Below, piece after piece: positions 1 through 10,187 of a stretch of 64,000 nt of DNA (within the stretch, counting starts at the first letter, position 1; every line of letters starts with the position of its first letter). Source of the DNA: Fimicolochytrium jonesii (lineage: Eukaryota); the NCBI RefSeq assembly GCF_025526975.1, contig NW_026515677.1, positions 558,001 to 622,000 of the forward strand, given 5' to 3'. The translations under genes and the position numbers were made by a program. Under the pieces are notes generated by a model, which did not search any database, was not told the origin of the DNA, and worked only from the letters and a program-made list of their open reading frames with translations.

Positions 1-681
1 GTATTTTTCGCCGTCTGAGTGCCACAGAATATCAAAATCAAAACGAAAATCGGTAGTGCGTCTAGCACGGTTCTCGATATTGAGAAAGCGCCTCGCGAAG
101 GCATCATAGAAGAGGGAAGAATCTCTACGATATATGCAGGGCAGTACATTCAGCTGAAACAGATGAAGATGGGTTGTCCGTTGGACATAAGCGTTTGCTT
201 TCGGAAACGATGGAGAATACGGAGGGCAAACCGCTTATTGAGTGTCTTCGCCGAAACGCGGCCAGGTGGTATCGACGGAAACAGAAAGGAGCAAAGATCA
301 TCTTCGCCGGCTACAGCTGAGGAGCCGCTCAGGCGTTTTGCGCAGCCACCCTGCTGGGAACTCCAGTCCACTGTATTCAGTTAGTGGTCCACCGCAAGCG
401 ACTTCCTCACACGGCCGTTTCTGCTCAGGAAAGCTAGACGTTGTGCGGAACCTACGTTGACTTGTGTGGTTGCTCTGCTGGTATCCATCTCGTGTTTGTC
501 TTATATTGTGTCCTTGACATAAATATAGATGCGAGAAATCATCTTGCTCTTGTTCTCACATATATTGCGATATAAAGATAATCGGTAGCTAATTCGACAT
601 CAACAAACCATCAACAACTATCATAATCATCATCAACAATCATCACTATGGTCCTCATTACAGATTCACTCAAGGAATGCC

Positions 682-1329
682 TTGGATATCTTCGTATCCG
701 GCGAGAGGCCTGGAACCGGAAGGATGAGTCTCGGAAGAAGGAAGGAAAGGTATTTACGGGAAGATGACCCCATGGGACTCGCTCAGATCGTCAACTCTCA
801 ATACATCAAGGATGAACACTTGGAACACTTGGAACACTTGGCACTTCCACCGTATGAGATGGCCATGAAGCACTCTCCCATGGGTGAACGAGGGACACAT
901 GACGACGATAACGTACCGCTTGGGGTACTGCTTTCAACCATCAGGCAAAGGAGCTTCACCGTGTCGTTGCTTTCCCCCAATCCCAGTCTGATCGTGACTG
1001 GCCTCGCGCCTGGTGATGGCCCGCGCTTTGCAGAAGACGTCGTCGCAAGATTCCCTCGTGACATGAAGGTGCGTTACCGGTTGTATTCAGAGTCCGGGGC
1101 ACAGAAGGAAGCTCATGACTTCCTCTTCGTTTTTGATCAAGCTGATGAAGACTTGACGTCCATGTATAAAGCCTATGCCGCGGTGCTCAGGTTTCCATCC
1201 GCATCTTGTTTCTCTATGTTAGTTCGTTGGACCGCTAAACGACATCCCGGATCGTGTCTGGTGGTTGACATCCGGGACAATTACGTCCCTCTTCAAGATA
1301 GGGTGTTATACTATGTGATACGGAAGTGA
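682..1329 (+). CDS. Intronless ORF resembling a degenerate, internally deleted NCLDV A32-type DNA-packaging ATPase (first in-frame ATG at 724)
   Basis: C-terminus HDFLFVF...MYKAYAAVLRFPSASCF...SCLVVD...LQDRVLYY parallels the recalled A32 C-terminal pattern DYVFIL...IYENYAGMFPTFESF...ECLVIN...LQDQVFWY. SFTVSLLSPNPSLIVTGLAPGDGP resembles the pre-Walker-A strand with a decayed P-loop. Comparison from memory only. Confidence 0.5.
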   Translation: MDIFVSGERPGTGRMSLGRRKERYLREDDPMGLAQIVNSQYIKDEHLEHLEHLALPPYEMAMKHSPMGERGTHDDDNVPLGVLLSTIRQRSFTVSLLSPNPSLIVTGLAPGDGPRFAEDVVARFPRDMKVRYRLYSESGAQKEAHDFLFVFDQADEDLTSMYKAYAAVLRFPSASCFSMLVRWTAKRHPGSCLVVDIRDNYVPLQDRVLYYVIRK

Positions 1330-1398
1330 TGGCGCCCCTACTATTGATTCAGTGCATCGAGTCCATCGAGTTCAGCGAATTTCATGGAGTTCATTATG

Positions 1399-1611
1399 TT
1401 AAGCAGGGTTATCAAGTTCATTCAGGATGAGACTTGCGAAGCCGCGCGGCAGGCTATAGAAGACTGAAGAGATGATGATCACCGCTGAGATGAAAACGAT
1501 GAATGCAACGACGGTCATCCTGAGCAGGTCTGAAGTCTCGAAGCATGCGCGCTTTGTGTTTATAAGGCCAAGGAGCACCGTGTAGTTCTTATCGATAAGA
1601 ATCGCGCGCAT
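1399..1611 (-). CDS. Small hypothetical single-TM protein
   Basis: Short ORF from ATG 1611 with hydrophobic stretch MTVVAFIVFISAVIIISSVFY, convergent with the 682-1329 ORF. Confidence 0.25.
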   Translation of the reverse strand: MRAILIDKNYTVLLGLINTKRACFETSDLLRMTVVAFIVFISAVIIISSVFYSLPRGFASLILNELDNPA

Positions 1612-2728
1612 GACGGGCAATCCGAAAAAATAATATGTGTCTCAAGATAACTGTCACCTTTTTTCATCATTAAGAGAAACGCGCTGACGAGGAAACTAAA
1701 GTGTCGAAATCCTGTCGATCCATGAGTTCTTGCTTTTGCCCAGAACCTCTCCTGAGACCCCATTTCTGAGCATGGACCTGATATTATGCAAGTTTCCATT
1801 GATCCAGTAACGGATCGTTTGGCGTAAGTTTCAGCACTCCGTCAGTCTATCGATGGGGACTCATTCCTATCCGTTGCAGAATCTTGCGCTTCTTGATTCC
1901 CATGCAAAACTGTACCGCACATCTAAGGAGCGTATTCGAGGCAATCCCCATCGACTTCAGACACATCCATCCCTCGTTCCCCTGCCTTTTTACCTTCTCA
2001 ACAACATGGCCCTTTGCACCAGGGAACTGATGGTCTCGTCCCTATGGGACGCCTCTGCGCGCTGACATACTCCGTGGTTTGTCTCGTACGACGACGTAAT
2101 TCATGACTAAAGTTAACCTTCTAGTCACAGACCGGACATTGACATACATGTACGTACCATGACCGCTTTGCGATGCGTTGGAAAAAGGCAATAGTGGCGG
2201 TGAGGAGCATCTTAACCGGTTTCAGCAGCAGCGTGCATGGTAAAAGTAAGCAGTGCCGACAGTGTCATTCCACCTTGCCCGTAAAGCGTCCGTCACAACG
2301 CATAACAACACCCACCCCCTTTGCATGTTGCCCTTCAGCTTCTACCGCAACCATAACATACTTGGACGTAGGACAGACAGCCCCCTTTTCCCCCACCCCT
2401 TTTCCCTTGGGGTCAGTCAGGCCTTGCATTTACAGTGGTAGTCTATCCGGGCCTCACACGGAGGCAGCAGAAGTGACAAAGTTACATACAATAGAAGGCC
2501 GCTGTCGGAGTAAAACCCCCCCCCCTGTAAGAAAAGCACAACTTTTTTGATAGCTTCCAGAACAACAACATCGTAGGGCCTAATTTGTACACCACATACA
2601 TACTTGAAGTGTCCGTCTCATTACACCGCAGTGTTGTAGATCACCCCCACACCTCATCCCTACCGCACGCACCATTGCATCACCCTTCACCAGGCCGTTC
2701 CTCCACCCCCCATTCAAAGGCCCCCGCA

Positions 2729-4764
2729 ATGCACCAACGCGTCGATAGACTCAAAGACTCGCTCAAACGGCATGGCCTTCATTCACACCACCACCGCCGC
2801 CGGGCGGGTACAGACGATCTGCCAGGCGACCCGGCAGCCTCCACGAGTGGTAGCAGCCGGAACAGCTCCAAGTCCCGCACGCCGCCGAGGACGAGGACCG
2901 CGAGGCGGACGAGGGGATGGGGTGGTGGGGGTGGAGGTGGCTGGGGAGGGAATGAGGGTGGGTTTCATAGCTTGAATGGGGTTGCGGATGCTGAGGAGGT
3001 GTTGAGGAGGCAGCTTGCTTCGCTGGGGTTGGTTGTCAAGGTAGGAGCCGGATGATACAACGAGTGTGGGTGTGCGTGTGGGTGAAGAGTCCTAGGCTGC
3101 CCAAACGGCCTCGAGGTAGCCTTTGGCGGAGTTGAAGCCGCGGCTGCATGGCGGCTTTGGCATGCGAGCTTTGTGGAGCTGAAGGTTTTTTGGATATCAC
3201 CTGGCATCCAGCCTTGTTTTCCTGACTGGGGAACTGACGTGCTACGCGGATGTTCTCTCTTGGTGCATTGTAAGGCCCTGATGGAGGGGTACCCCGCTGT
3301 GCCTCATCACTCAAGGCTCGTTGCGCCTATCCATTCTACTGCATCCATGTATCCGTGATACTAACGAATCGGCTCTCATTCATCATCCAGGACGTGGCAG
3401 GCGACGGCAACTGTCTCTTCCGAGCCCTATCCGACCAGTACGACGGCACACCCAACAGCCACTCTGCAGCTCGTAGGGATGTATGCGACCATCTGGTGGA
3501 GCACCGAGACACGTATGCTCCGTTTGTGGATGAGGACGGGGAGGGCAGCTTTGAGCAGCATGTTGGGCGGATGAGGCGGGATGGGTGCTATGGTATGTAC
3601 TTTAGGGGATTCGTGGGTGGCGATGCGATTCATCCACTCTGGCTGGATCATCATACTGACCCACATCCCCTCGCAGGCGGCAACATGGAGGTGGTAGCGT
3701 TTGCAAGGGCAAAGTCTGTTGATGTAGCTGTGCATCAAGCTGGCGAACCTGTCTGGATCGTGTCGGGAGAGTCGATTGACAAACCCGCTGACGCAACACA
3801 TTCGGATATGTTATCCGAAGCAGGTTCTTCGCCCTCATCTCAGACCGCCCAACATCGCAGACTATTGCACATCGCATACTACTCCTGGGAACACTACGCG
3901 TCCGTTCGTCCTGCTCCCACGGGCACAGCGCCGAGCCCCGAGTCAGCGAACGCCGCACTCGCCAACTTCCAAAGCATGCATCACTTCCAGACCCAGTCCT
4001 CACAGGCACAGCAACAAACACACCAGCAACCTCCCAACCAGATGGAAGCAACGATCATATCTGCGACCAATGTTTCTGATCTAGGCAAGATTAGAGCGCT
4101 CATGCAGCAGCTCGGCAACAACCCGAACGCCGTCATCGCGCAGTTGCAAGAGGAAGCTGCCGTCGCCGAAGCCGATGCTGCCGCGTCATCCCTCTCCCAC
4201 CCCTTCGCATCGTCTGCAGTGAATATACCCGGCGCTGCAGCAGCACCATCCCCACTGGCGTCCACCGCCGCATCCTCCTTTACCACCCCGTCCAACTCCA
4301 CATCCAACCGTAGCTCCTACCTCCACCCCAACAACTTCCACCTCTACAACAACACCCACTCCTCCACCCCCGGCTCATCCACCCCGCTCACATCCACACC
4401 CACCTCCACGGCCGCCACGCCCCCACCCACCCTCACACCGCCCCCCGAAGGCGAGCACAGTATACCCTCCTCCCCGCTCTCGTCCCACCGCCACCTGCAA
4501 AACCACCCGCACCTGGCCGCCGCGATCAAGCCGGTCGTGAGGCGGAGCAAGCGGGTGGGCAAGCGCATGCAGAAGCGGCTGCAGAAGGAGAGGAGGATGT
4601 ATCGGAGGAAGAACGGCGCGCCTGAAGGGGAGGTGGGGCTCGGGCAAGGAAGTCCGTTGAGGGATGATGGGAGCGAGTTCTCGCACGGTGTGCCGGGAGC
4701 TGGGGGGGCACCGCCGAATGGGCTCGGGTTTTTGTCGGATAACATGAAGGTTATCCGGATATGA
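2729..4764 (+). CDS. OTU-domain deubiquitinase (OTUD3-like); introns ~3041-3390 and ~3593-3676
   Basis: Catalytic motifs DVAGDGNCLFRALSDQ and LHIAYYSWEHYASVR; GT-AG introns join the LVVK|DVAGDG and GCYG|GNMEVVAFA frames. Confidence 0.9.
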
Positions 4765-5253
4765 GTGCGTTGTTGAAGGGATGGTTGAGGAGCGTGACCT
4801 GGGTGCGATTGACACCACCACCAGACGGATGTAATGACTATGTGCGTGAGCCCCCCGGGTCTGGGTTGGCTTAGCTGTGTCTGGGAAAACGGCGGCCGTA
4901 TTGCTGTTATGCGTTGGTACCTCATAGATTTGTGTGCCGGCTCCCCCTTTCCCCCCTTTTCCATTCCCCCACCATCCCCATTTCGATGATTAAGGGGGCG
5001 GAGAGCCCACTGATACATATGTACCCGTCGAGCGTCGTTCTCTGTGGTCGTGGCAAAGGGCGGGATATAACCCCAAACAAATACCATTTTGTCATTCGTC
5101 TCGAGTCATGTCACTTCGATAGTCATCCCTACGCCGCAATGCTACGTATCTACATAGAACCCGCAGCCACTGTTATGCAGTAGCCTTGTAGTGCTGTGGA
5201 TTGTGTCTTCTATTCGCAAGCGTTTTTCTCTGTGAAACCCTGTGTCGACTGGC

Positions 5254-6257
5254 TCATGCCTTTTCCACGCGCCCCTTGACCTCCGTGATCCCCACCGGCT
5301 CCGACGCCTTCTCATCGTACTCGGCCCACTCCTCGCCTTCGCCTAATGGGATGTCCTTGAACGGGGTGCCGGATTCCGCGCCTTCTGCTTGCCAGCCGTC
5401 CTATTGGGTATCACGATATACGTCGCACGTTAGCAAGGGAGTTGGCGGAAAAAGAGGGGTGTGGAAGGGAGGTGGGTGAGTGAATCGTACCGCAACGCCA
5501 AAGTCTACCGGCTCCAATCCCCGAGATTCGATCTGTATTATAGGTGCGAATTTGCCGCTTGATTGAAGCTGGTAGGGTTTTAGGGTTTCTACGAGGATGT
5601 CTGCGGGAATGGAGATGAGATAAAGAGAAGTGCGAGAGTGTACATAACGTGAGTATGCTGGTCCCAGCGTATCCAACTTTGCAACCCAATCCACGGAATC
5701 TCGACTTTATTCCCATTCGAAGGTCCTCTTGATTCTCCTGCAATCTCTGGCCCAACCTTCCACATTCACAGCGCAATATCGAGAAACGTGACTCGATTCT
5801 CAGCTCCAACGCTTGCCCATGTCCTCTTTTAGGTCCAGCGATCTTCCCAATTTCCGCTTTCCAGATACTCACTCGCAGTCCCTTCATTCTTGCACGACTT
5901 GCACTTCATAACCAAGTTCGCCACTCCACGCGTGTTGGCTTGCTCCACCTCCTCCGAGGCGTTCACCACCACGAAGCCTTTGTGATCTTCCTGGCATTTC
6001 AAGCACTGTGGGATGGTATTAGCTCATTCTGACGAAAATCATCTTCGAAGAACGGGGGTATGACCGGCATACTTTGAACTTGATTTTCCAGTCGTATTCC
6101 TTGACGTCCTGGGGTTTGAGGTTGGTTACGTTCTCGAGGTCGGCTGAGATGGCCAATGTGTATTTCTGTGTGTGTTGGGGAAGATCGTTAACGTAAGCCG
6201 GGACGTCCGACACTCGTTTTGATAAGGCAGAAGGTTTGAGGGAATGCTTACGGGCAT
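5254..6257 (-). CDS. DUF866 / CXXC zinc-binding protein (CZIB, UPF0587), multi-exon
   Basis: Spliced exons: KYTLAISADLENVTNLKP, CLKCQE, ANLVMKCKSCKNE, IESRGLEPVDF, EWAEYDEKASEPVGITEV. Confidence 0.88.
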
Positions 6258-8150
6258 GGTGCTTGCTTGCGGGGTTCGTGTGCCTACTGTGGTTGACTTC
6301 GCTGGGAAACGGGGATGGCCAGCGGGAGGGAAAGAACGAGAAGAAGGAGGACTGCGAGACGCGCCCGCTTCCTCAAGGTGTCCTCAAGGCTCGTGCTCGT
6401 GGCGGCCTAGCAAAATGACAGGGCTCTCACACCGTCAGGCTCCTCGGTCTGAGTGGATCGAGTCCAGCGGATGATACCCAACCAATGAAGCCACTGTTTT
6501 CATCAAAGAAGAACATCTATTCCGATATGCATGGACGATACAAGTCACTTCTAGTATCATCATTCACAGATGCAACACAACGGAAGATAGTCTCCGCTGA
6601 GGACGGTATTCGACCAGTGAAAGATCTATGGAGAGTTGAAATGAACTGTCAGGAGGCAATTCAGCTTTCATTTGGGCAACAACTCGCCAATGGACAGACA
6701 TGAACCCTGACCGGAATCACCAGACCGACCCAAACAACATCGCTCGCATGCTCCACCAGGCTCCCAAACGGGCCAAGCTCGCACGTTATGGCTGCTCCGA
6801 AGTGCAATGGCAAGCGCGCCGTGCTCAACTCCCGATGGTGAATAGTCCCCGCCGCAAACAGAGAGCGACGAAGACCACATCCTTGCGGGAGCAGCTTGGT
6901 GCCATGCAAAGCGCCTGCACGCGGATACCCAGTGGTCATGTTTCGGTGATGTTGGCCATCTGGCGATTATTCTTCTGGAGCTTAGATATTGAGAGCTATG
7001 GAGAAGATGGTTTCCCAGGTTTAATGCATGATCAACTCTGATAGAGTAGAAAAATGTCTTCAACTTAGGCGGATGAACTTCGCCGTGAATGCACCGGCCT
7101 GAGGAGCGCATCAAGCAGTATTGCACCCCTGTGAAGAAGACGAAGAATGCCATTCAAGGTACAAAAAGTATATATAGAGAACGACGGAACATGTCTTGGA
7201 CATGCCCTTCTAAGAACCCAACGTGAAAGCGTTCAGATGCAAGCTTACTACTCTCAGGTACTCTGACCCACAAGCATCCTATCGTCAAGCCTGGACTATC
7301 AAAACTAGGCGATAAGTCCCGCTTTAGTGCAATGCAGGAAAGCCGTCAAACTGACACCCTGCGAAGACTGCTCAGTCGGAGACCCCCTACATGCCAGGGC
7401 GTCAGCCTGGACACACGGTGGGGTCAACTTCATTGCAGCCGAGGGGGCAGTGTTGAACCATGGAAAGATAGACGGTAGTGCTGTAGATCAGAGACCTTTG
7501 AGCACTGTTGGTATCGTGGAACGGGAGTCCGGAGGTTACCGTCTCCCGCTTGGACGACGGAAGCCGCAGCTCGCAGACGTGAAACGAAGAGCAAAAGACA
7601 AGGTTAGACTTGCGAAGAGTATAGAGCTCTGAAGCGAGTATTCCTGACCGTATTAAGCGGAGGGGATTGACAAAAAGGGTGAGACTTACGTCCGCTGAGT
7701 GCGGTGAGACGAGGCCAACCTAGGCAGAATCCGAGATCATAGCGGTACATCGTCGTCACTGGGAGCTTGACCGCGAACCCAGAGCCAAAGCTCCTCGCCA
7801 CTGCAAGTCATGACCCCGCGCTCATAACCCCAGCTGATCACTATTGGAATCAAATCTGCGGTTGGGAAAGAACATTGGGAGCTAAGGGAGAGGGAACATT
7901 GCAGATATAATCGCGCCGTGCTATGGGACTGGGGCCCAGGTCCTAGTAGCAGGCGGTCCTCGATTGAAAATCAAAACTGTAACGCGTCTATGGCCCGTTA
8001 CTTACCCGTATGGAGCCTTCACCGGCGGACTTATAGCCTTCACGCTCGGATTTACAGCCTTCTGGACCAGCCTTCCGTCGCTTCTATTAGAGCCGTGGCC
8101 AGCCTTGTTACTGCAGGTCTTCTTCACCAGTCCTTCCACACCCTCTCACC

Positions 8151-8218
8151 GCCATTGCCCCACCATTGCCATCACCATTGCCATCGCCATTGCCACCGCC
8201 ATTGCCACCGCCATTGCC
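8151..8218 (+). repeat. Short tandem repeat of CCATTG alternating with CCAYCR-type hexamers
   Basis: ccattgcccaccattgccatcaccattgccatcgccattgccaccgccattgcc-like array read directly. Confidence 0.85.
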
Positions 8219-8505
8219 AAGATCTTCTTTGAACTTTGAACTACACACCTACAGCACACCCGTCAGCTTCCTGTTTTGCTTTTTGTGTTACAAGGTGACT
8301 CCAAAACCAGTCTTCTCATTCTTGCCCCGGAAGTAATTCAAACCTGTCTGTACAGTACATCCTTTCGCCGTCGCCGTCGCCATGCATCCGCTCCGCATTC
8401 TGATCTCATTGGACGTTCCGGCCTCAACTTCCGCGATCGATGGAGACAGCTTGGAATAGGGGCAGGCTCGCGATTCACTCTTCACGTCATGCTCGCTCCA
8501 TACGG

Positions 8506-8639
8506 TCTCGACTCCCGCAATCGCTTGAGGTGCAGCCTGGATTTGGGCACTCGCGGTAAGCTCTCGACTTCCGCAATCGCTTGAGGTGCAGCCTGGATTT
8601 GGGCACTCGCGGTACGCTCTTTCAACTTCCCAATCGCTT
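8506..8639 (+). repeat. 56-bp tandem repeat, two near-identical copies plus a partial third
   Basis: TCTCGACTYCCGCAATCGCTTGAGGTGCAGCCTGGATTTGGGCACTCGCGGTA starts at 8506 and 8562; partial copy from 8618. Confidence 0.9.
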
Positions 8640-8880
8640 TGCTGTCATAGTCGCTCCGCCGCCGGACACGTATGTACATTGCAGATATAATCGCGCTGTG
8701 TTATGGGACTGGCGCATCAACCGACGTGACTCACAGCTTTTCTTCACGTCCTCTCCGCAGCCAGCAGGCACACCTGAGGCACACCTAAGGCACATCAAGA
8801 TCTCCTTCGCAATTGCCAAACTCCATCCTCTTTCCTCCCTCGCTTCCTCAATTGATCAACAAAAACAACGAACAATCACC

Positions 8881-9225
8881 ATGCCCCAAAAACGCAAAGT
8901 CGACGAAGTGATAGACCTCGAAGCCGTGGGTTCCTCCATCTCCTCCCCCGCCATCATGTGCGCCATCTGCCTCGACGCCTTGCAGTGCCCGTTGGTCTTT
9001 AACAGCTGTAAGCACGTCCTGTGTTTTGAATGCATGCTCACCGACGAAACGAACAGTACATGTGTTCTCCCACGCTTCGGATTCTTGCTTGTTTTCGGTA
9101 CATTTTCGTCTATGAAATGCCATATGCTATTGAAATGCCATATGTCGTGTTCTGATGCCGGTAGCGGAGGAGAAGGTGCTCGATCACCTGCGAGAGGCGA
9201 TCTGCGCGGCCGCCGCCTTCGTTGA
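8881..9225 (+). CDS. RING-finger-like (C3HC4) protein fragment, possibly a pseudogene; 3' structure unresolved
   Basis: MPQKRKVDEVIDLE...CAICLDALQCPLVFNSCKHVLCFEC supplies the first six RING ligands; the final CxxC pair is not clearly present. Confidence 0.5.
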   Translation: MPQKRKVDEVIDLEAVGSSISSPAIMCAICLDALQCPLVFNSCKHVLCFECMLTDETNSTCVLPRFGFLLVFGTFSSMKCHMLLKCHMSCSDAGSGGEGARSPARGDLRGRRLR

Positions 9226-9401
9226 AGTAGAACATTGTCGGCGTCTTGTCGGTCATGTGGATTACATGAGCTGCTCACGACGACGTGCAAGTAAATTGCG
9301 TCGGACCTCTCCTCATCCATTGAACTCATGAACTACGTTCCTCGTCCAGAGCATAATCATAACAATTGACAGGATTCCCCTGGTCCGGCATATCGGTATG
9401 C

Positions 9402-9432
9402 TGTCAATCGTCCAATTGTTGGACGATTGACA
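9402..9432. repeat. Perfect 14-bp inverted repeat with 3-nt loop
   Basis: TGTCAATCGTCCAA-TTG-TTGGACGATTGACA. Confidence 0.9.
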
Positions 9433-9449
9433 CTATCGTGACTCACCCG

Positions 9450-9533
9450 TAACCCTAACTCTAACCCTAACCCTACTTTGTAAACGTTGTATTCTCAATT
9501 GAATCAGGACTCTAACTCTAACCCTAACCCTAA
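9450..9533 (+). repeat. Two short interstitial telomere-like (CCCTAA)n tracts, 9450-9475 and 9512-9533
   Basis: taaccctaactctaaccctaacccta and ctaactctaaccctaaccctaa. Confidence 0.8.
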
Positions 9534-10187
9534 ATTGAATCAAGAAGTTCAGAGGGTCCTATTTATAAGGAGCGTCCGAGAGAGCGTTCCATCACGTGGG
9601 TTTCATCACATGAGCGTTGCGCAGGCTTCAATAAGTCTGATTAGGGCTGTAATCAACAAATTACGTCGCACAAAGTCACACAAGCGAATCGGATCGGAGT
9701 CTGCGTCACGCCTCTGCTGTCGGACCTTTGAGACTTCCGCCCCATGAAGACAAAAGTCAAGAGTCCTCAGCGCAAAACGCAGTCGCCCGGCCTGGGGTCT
9801 GTGGTATGCGAGTTTCTCCACACAATGGTGCCTCCATTCTTGAGGGTCAGGCGTAGGAGGGCTTGACCGTCACCGTCGTCACCTGGTCTGTTTTTTGTCC
9901 CTTGCCGGTGCACGGACTCGGATTGACATTATGGCGTCGAGCTAGGCCCTGAGCCTCGTTGCAAGAAAGTGGGCACCATTATGTTTTGCTTCCCAGATGC
10001 GATGCAGGCATAGTGGATTGGGTCCTCGCCATAAGCGGATTAACGGGTCACAGACGATGATGGATGTGACCCGTTGATGATGGTGAATCCTACATAAACT
10101 CGTAGGGTACAGCGTCCCCCAACCCTCATCAAAAGCATCTGCAGCATCCACATATCTTAATAGCAGCATACATAAGCACATACAGGC

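Larger units (their letters stand above)
7896..8712. repeat. 37-bp direct repeat pair, 780 bp apart (7896-7932 and 8676-8712)
   Basis: ACATTGCAGATATAATCGCGCYGTGYTATGGGACTGG occurs twice with 2 mismatches. Confidence 0.9.

Noticed and set aside
19..460. ORFs at the window start as additional viral genes
   Set aside because: No motif recognised and frames are short; cannot be supported without upstream context.
4930..5010. Possible SECIS-like hairpin in the OTU gene 3' UTR
   Set aside because: No in-frame TGA at a conserved Cys position in the gene and no convincing SECIS core.
6485..7801. Short ORFs (6700-7041, 7327-7632) as possible transposase or reverse transcriptase remnants
   Set aside because: No DDE, RT, integrase or Rep/helicase motif could be recognised.
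8422..8639. Repeat array considered as CRISPR-like
   Set aside because: Units are contiguous tandem copies with no unique spacers, there are no cas genes, and the context is eukaryotic.
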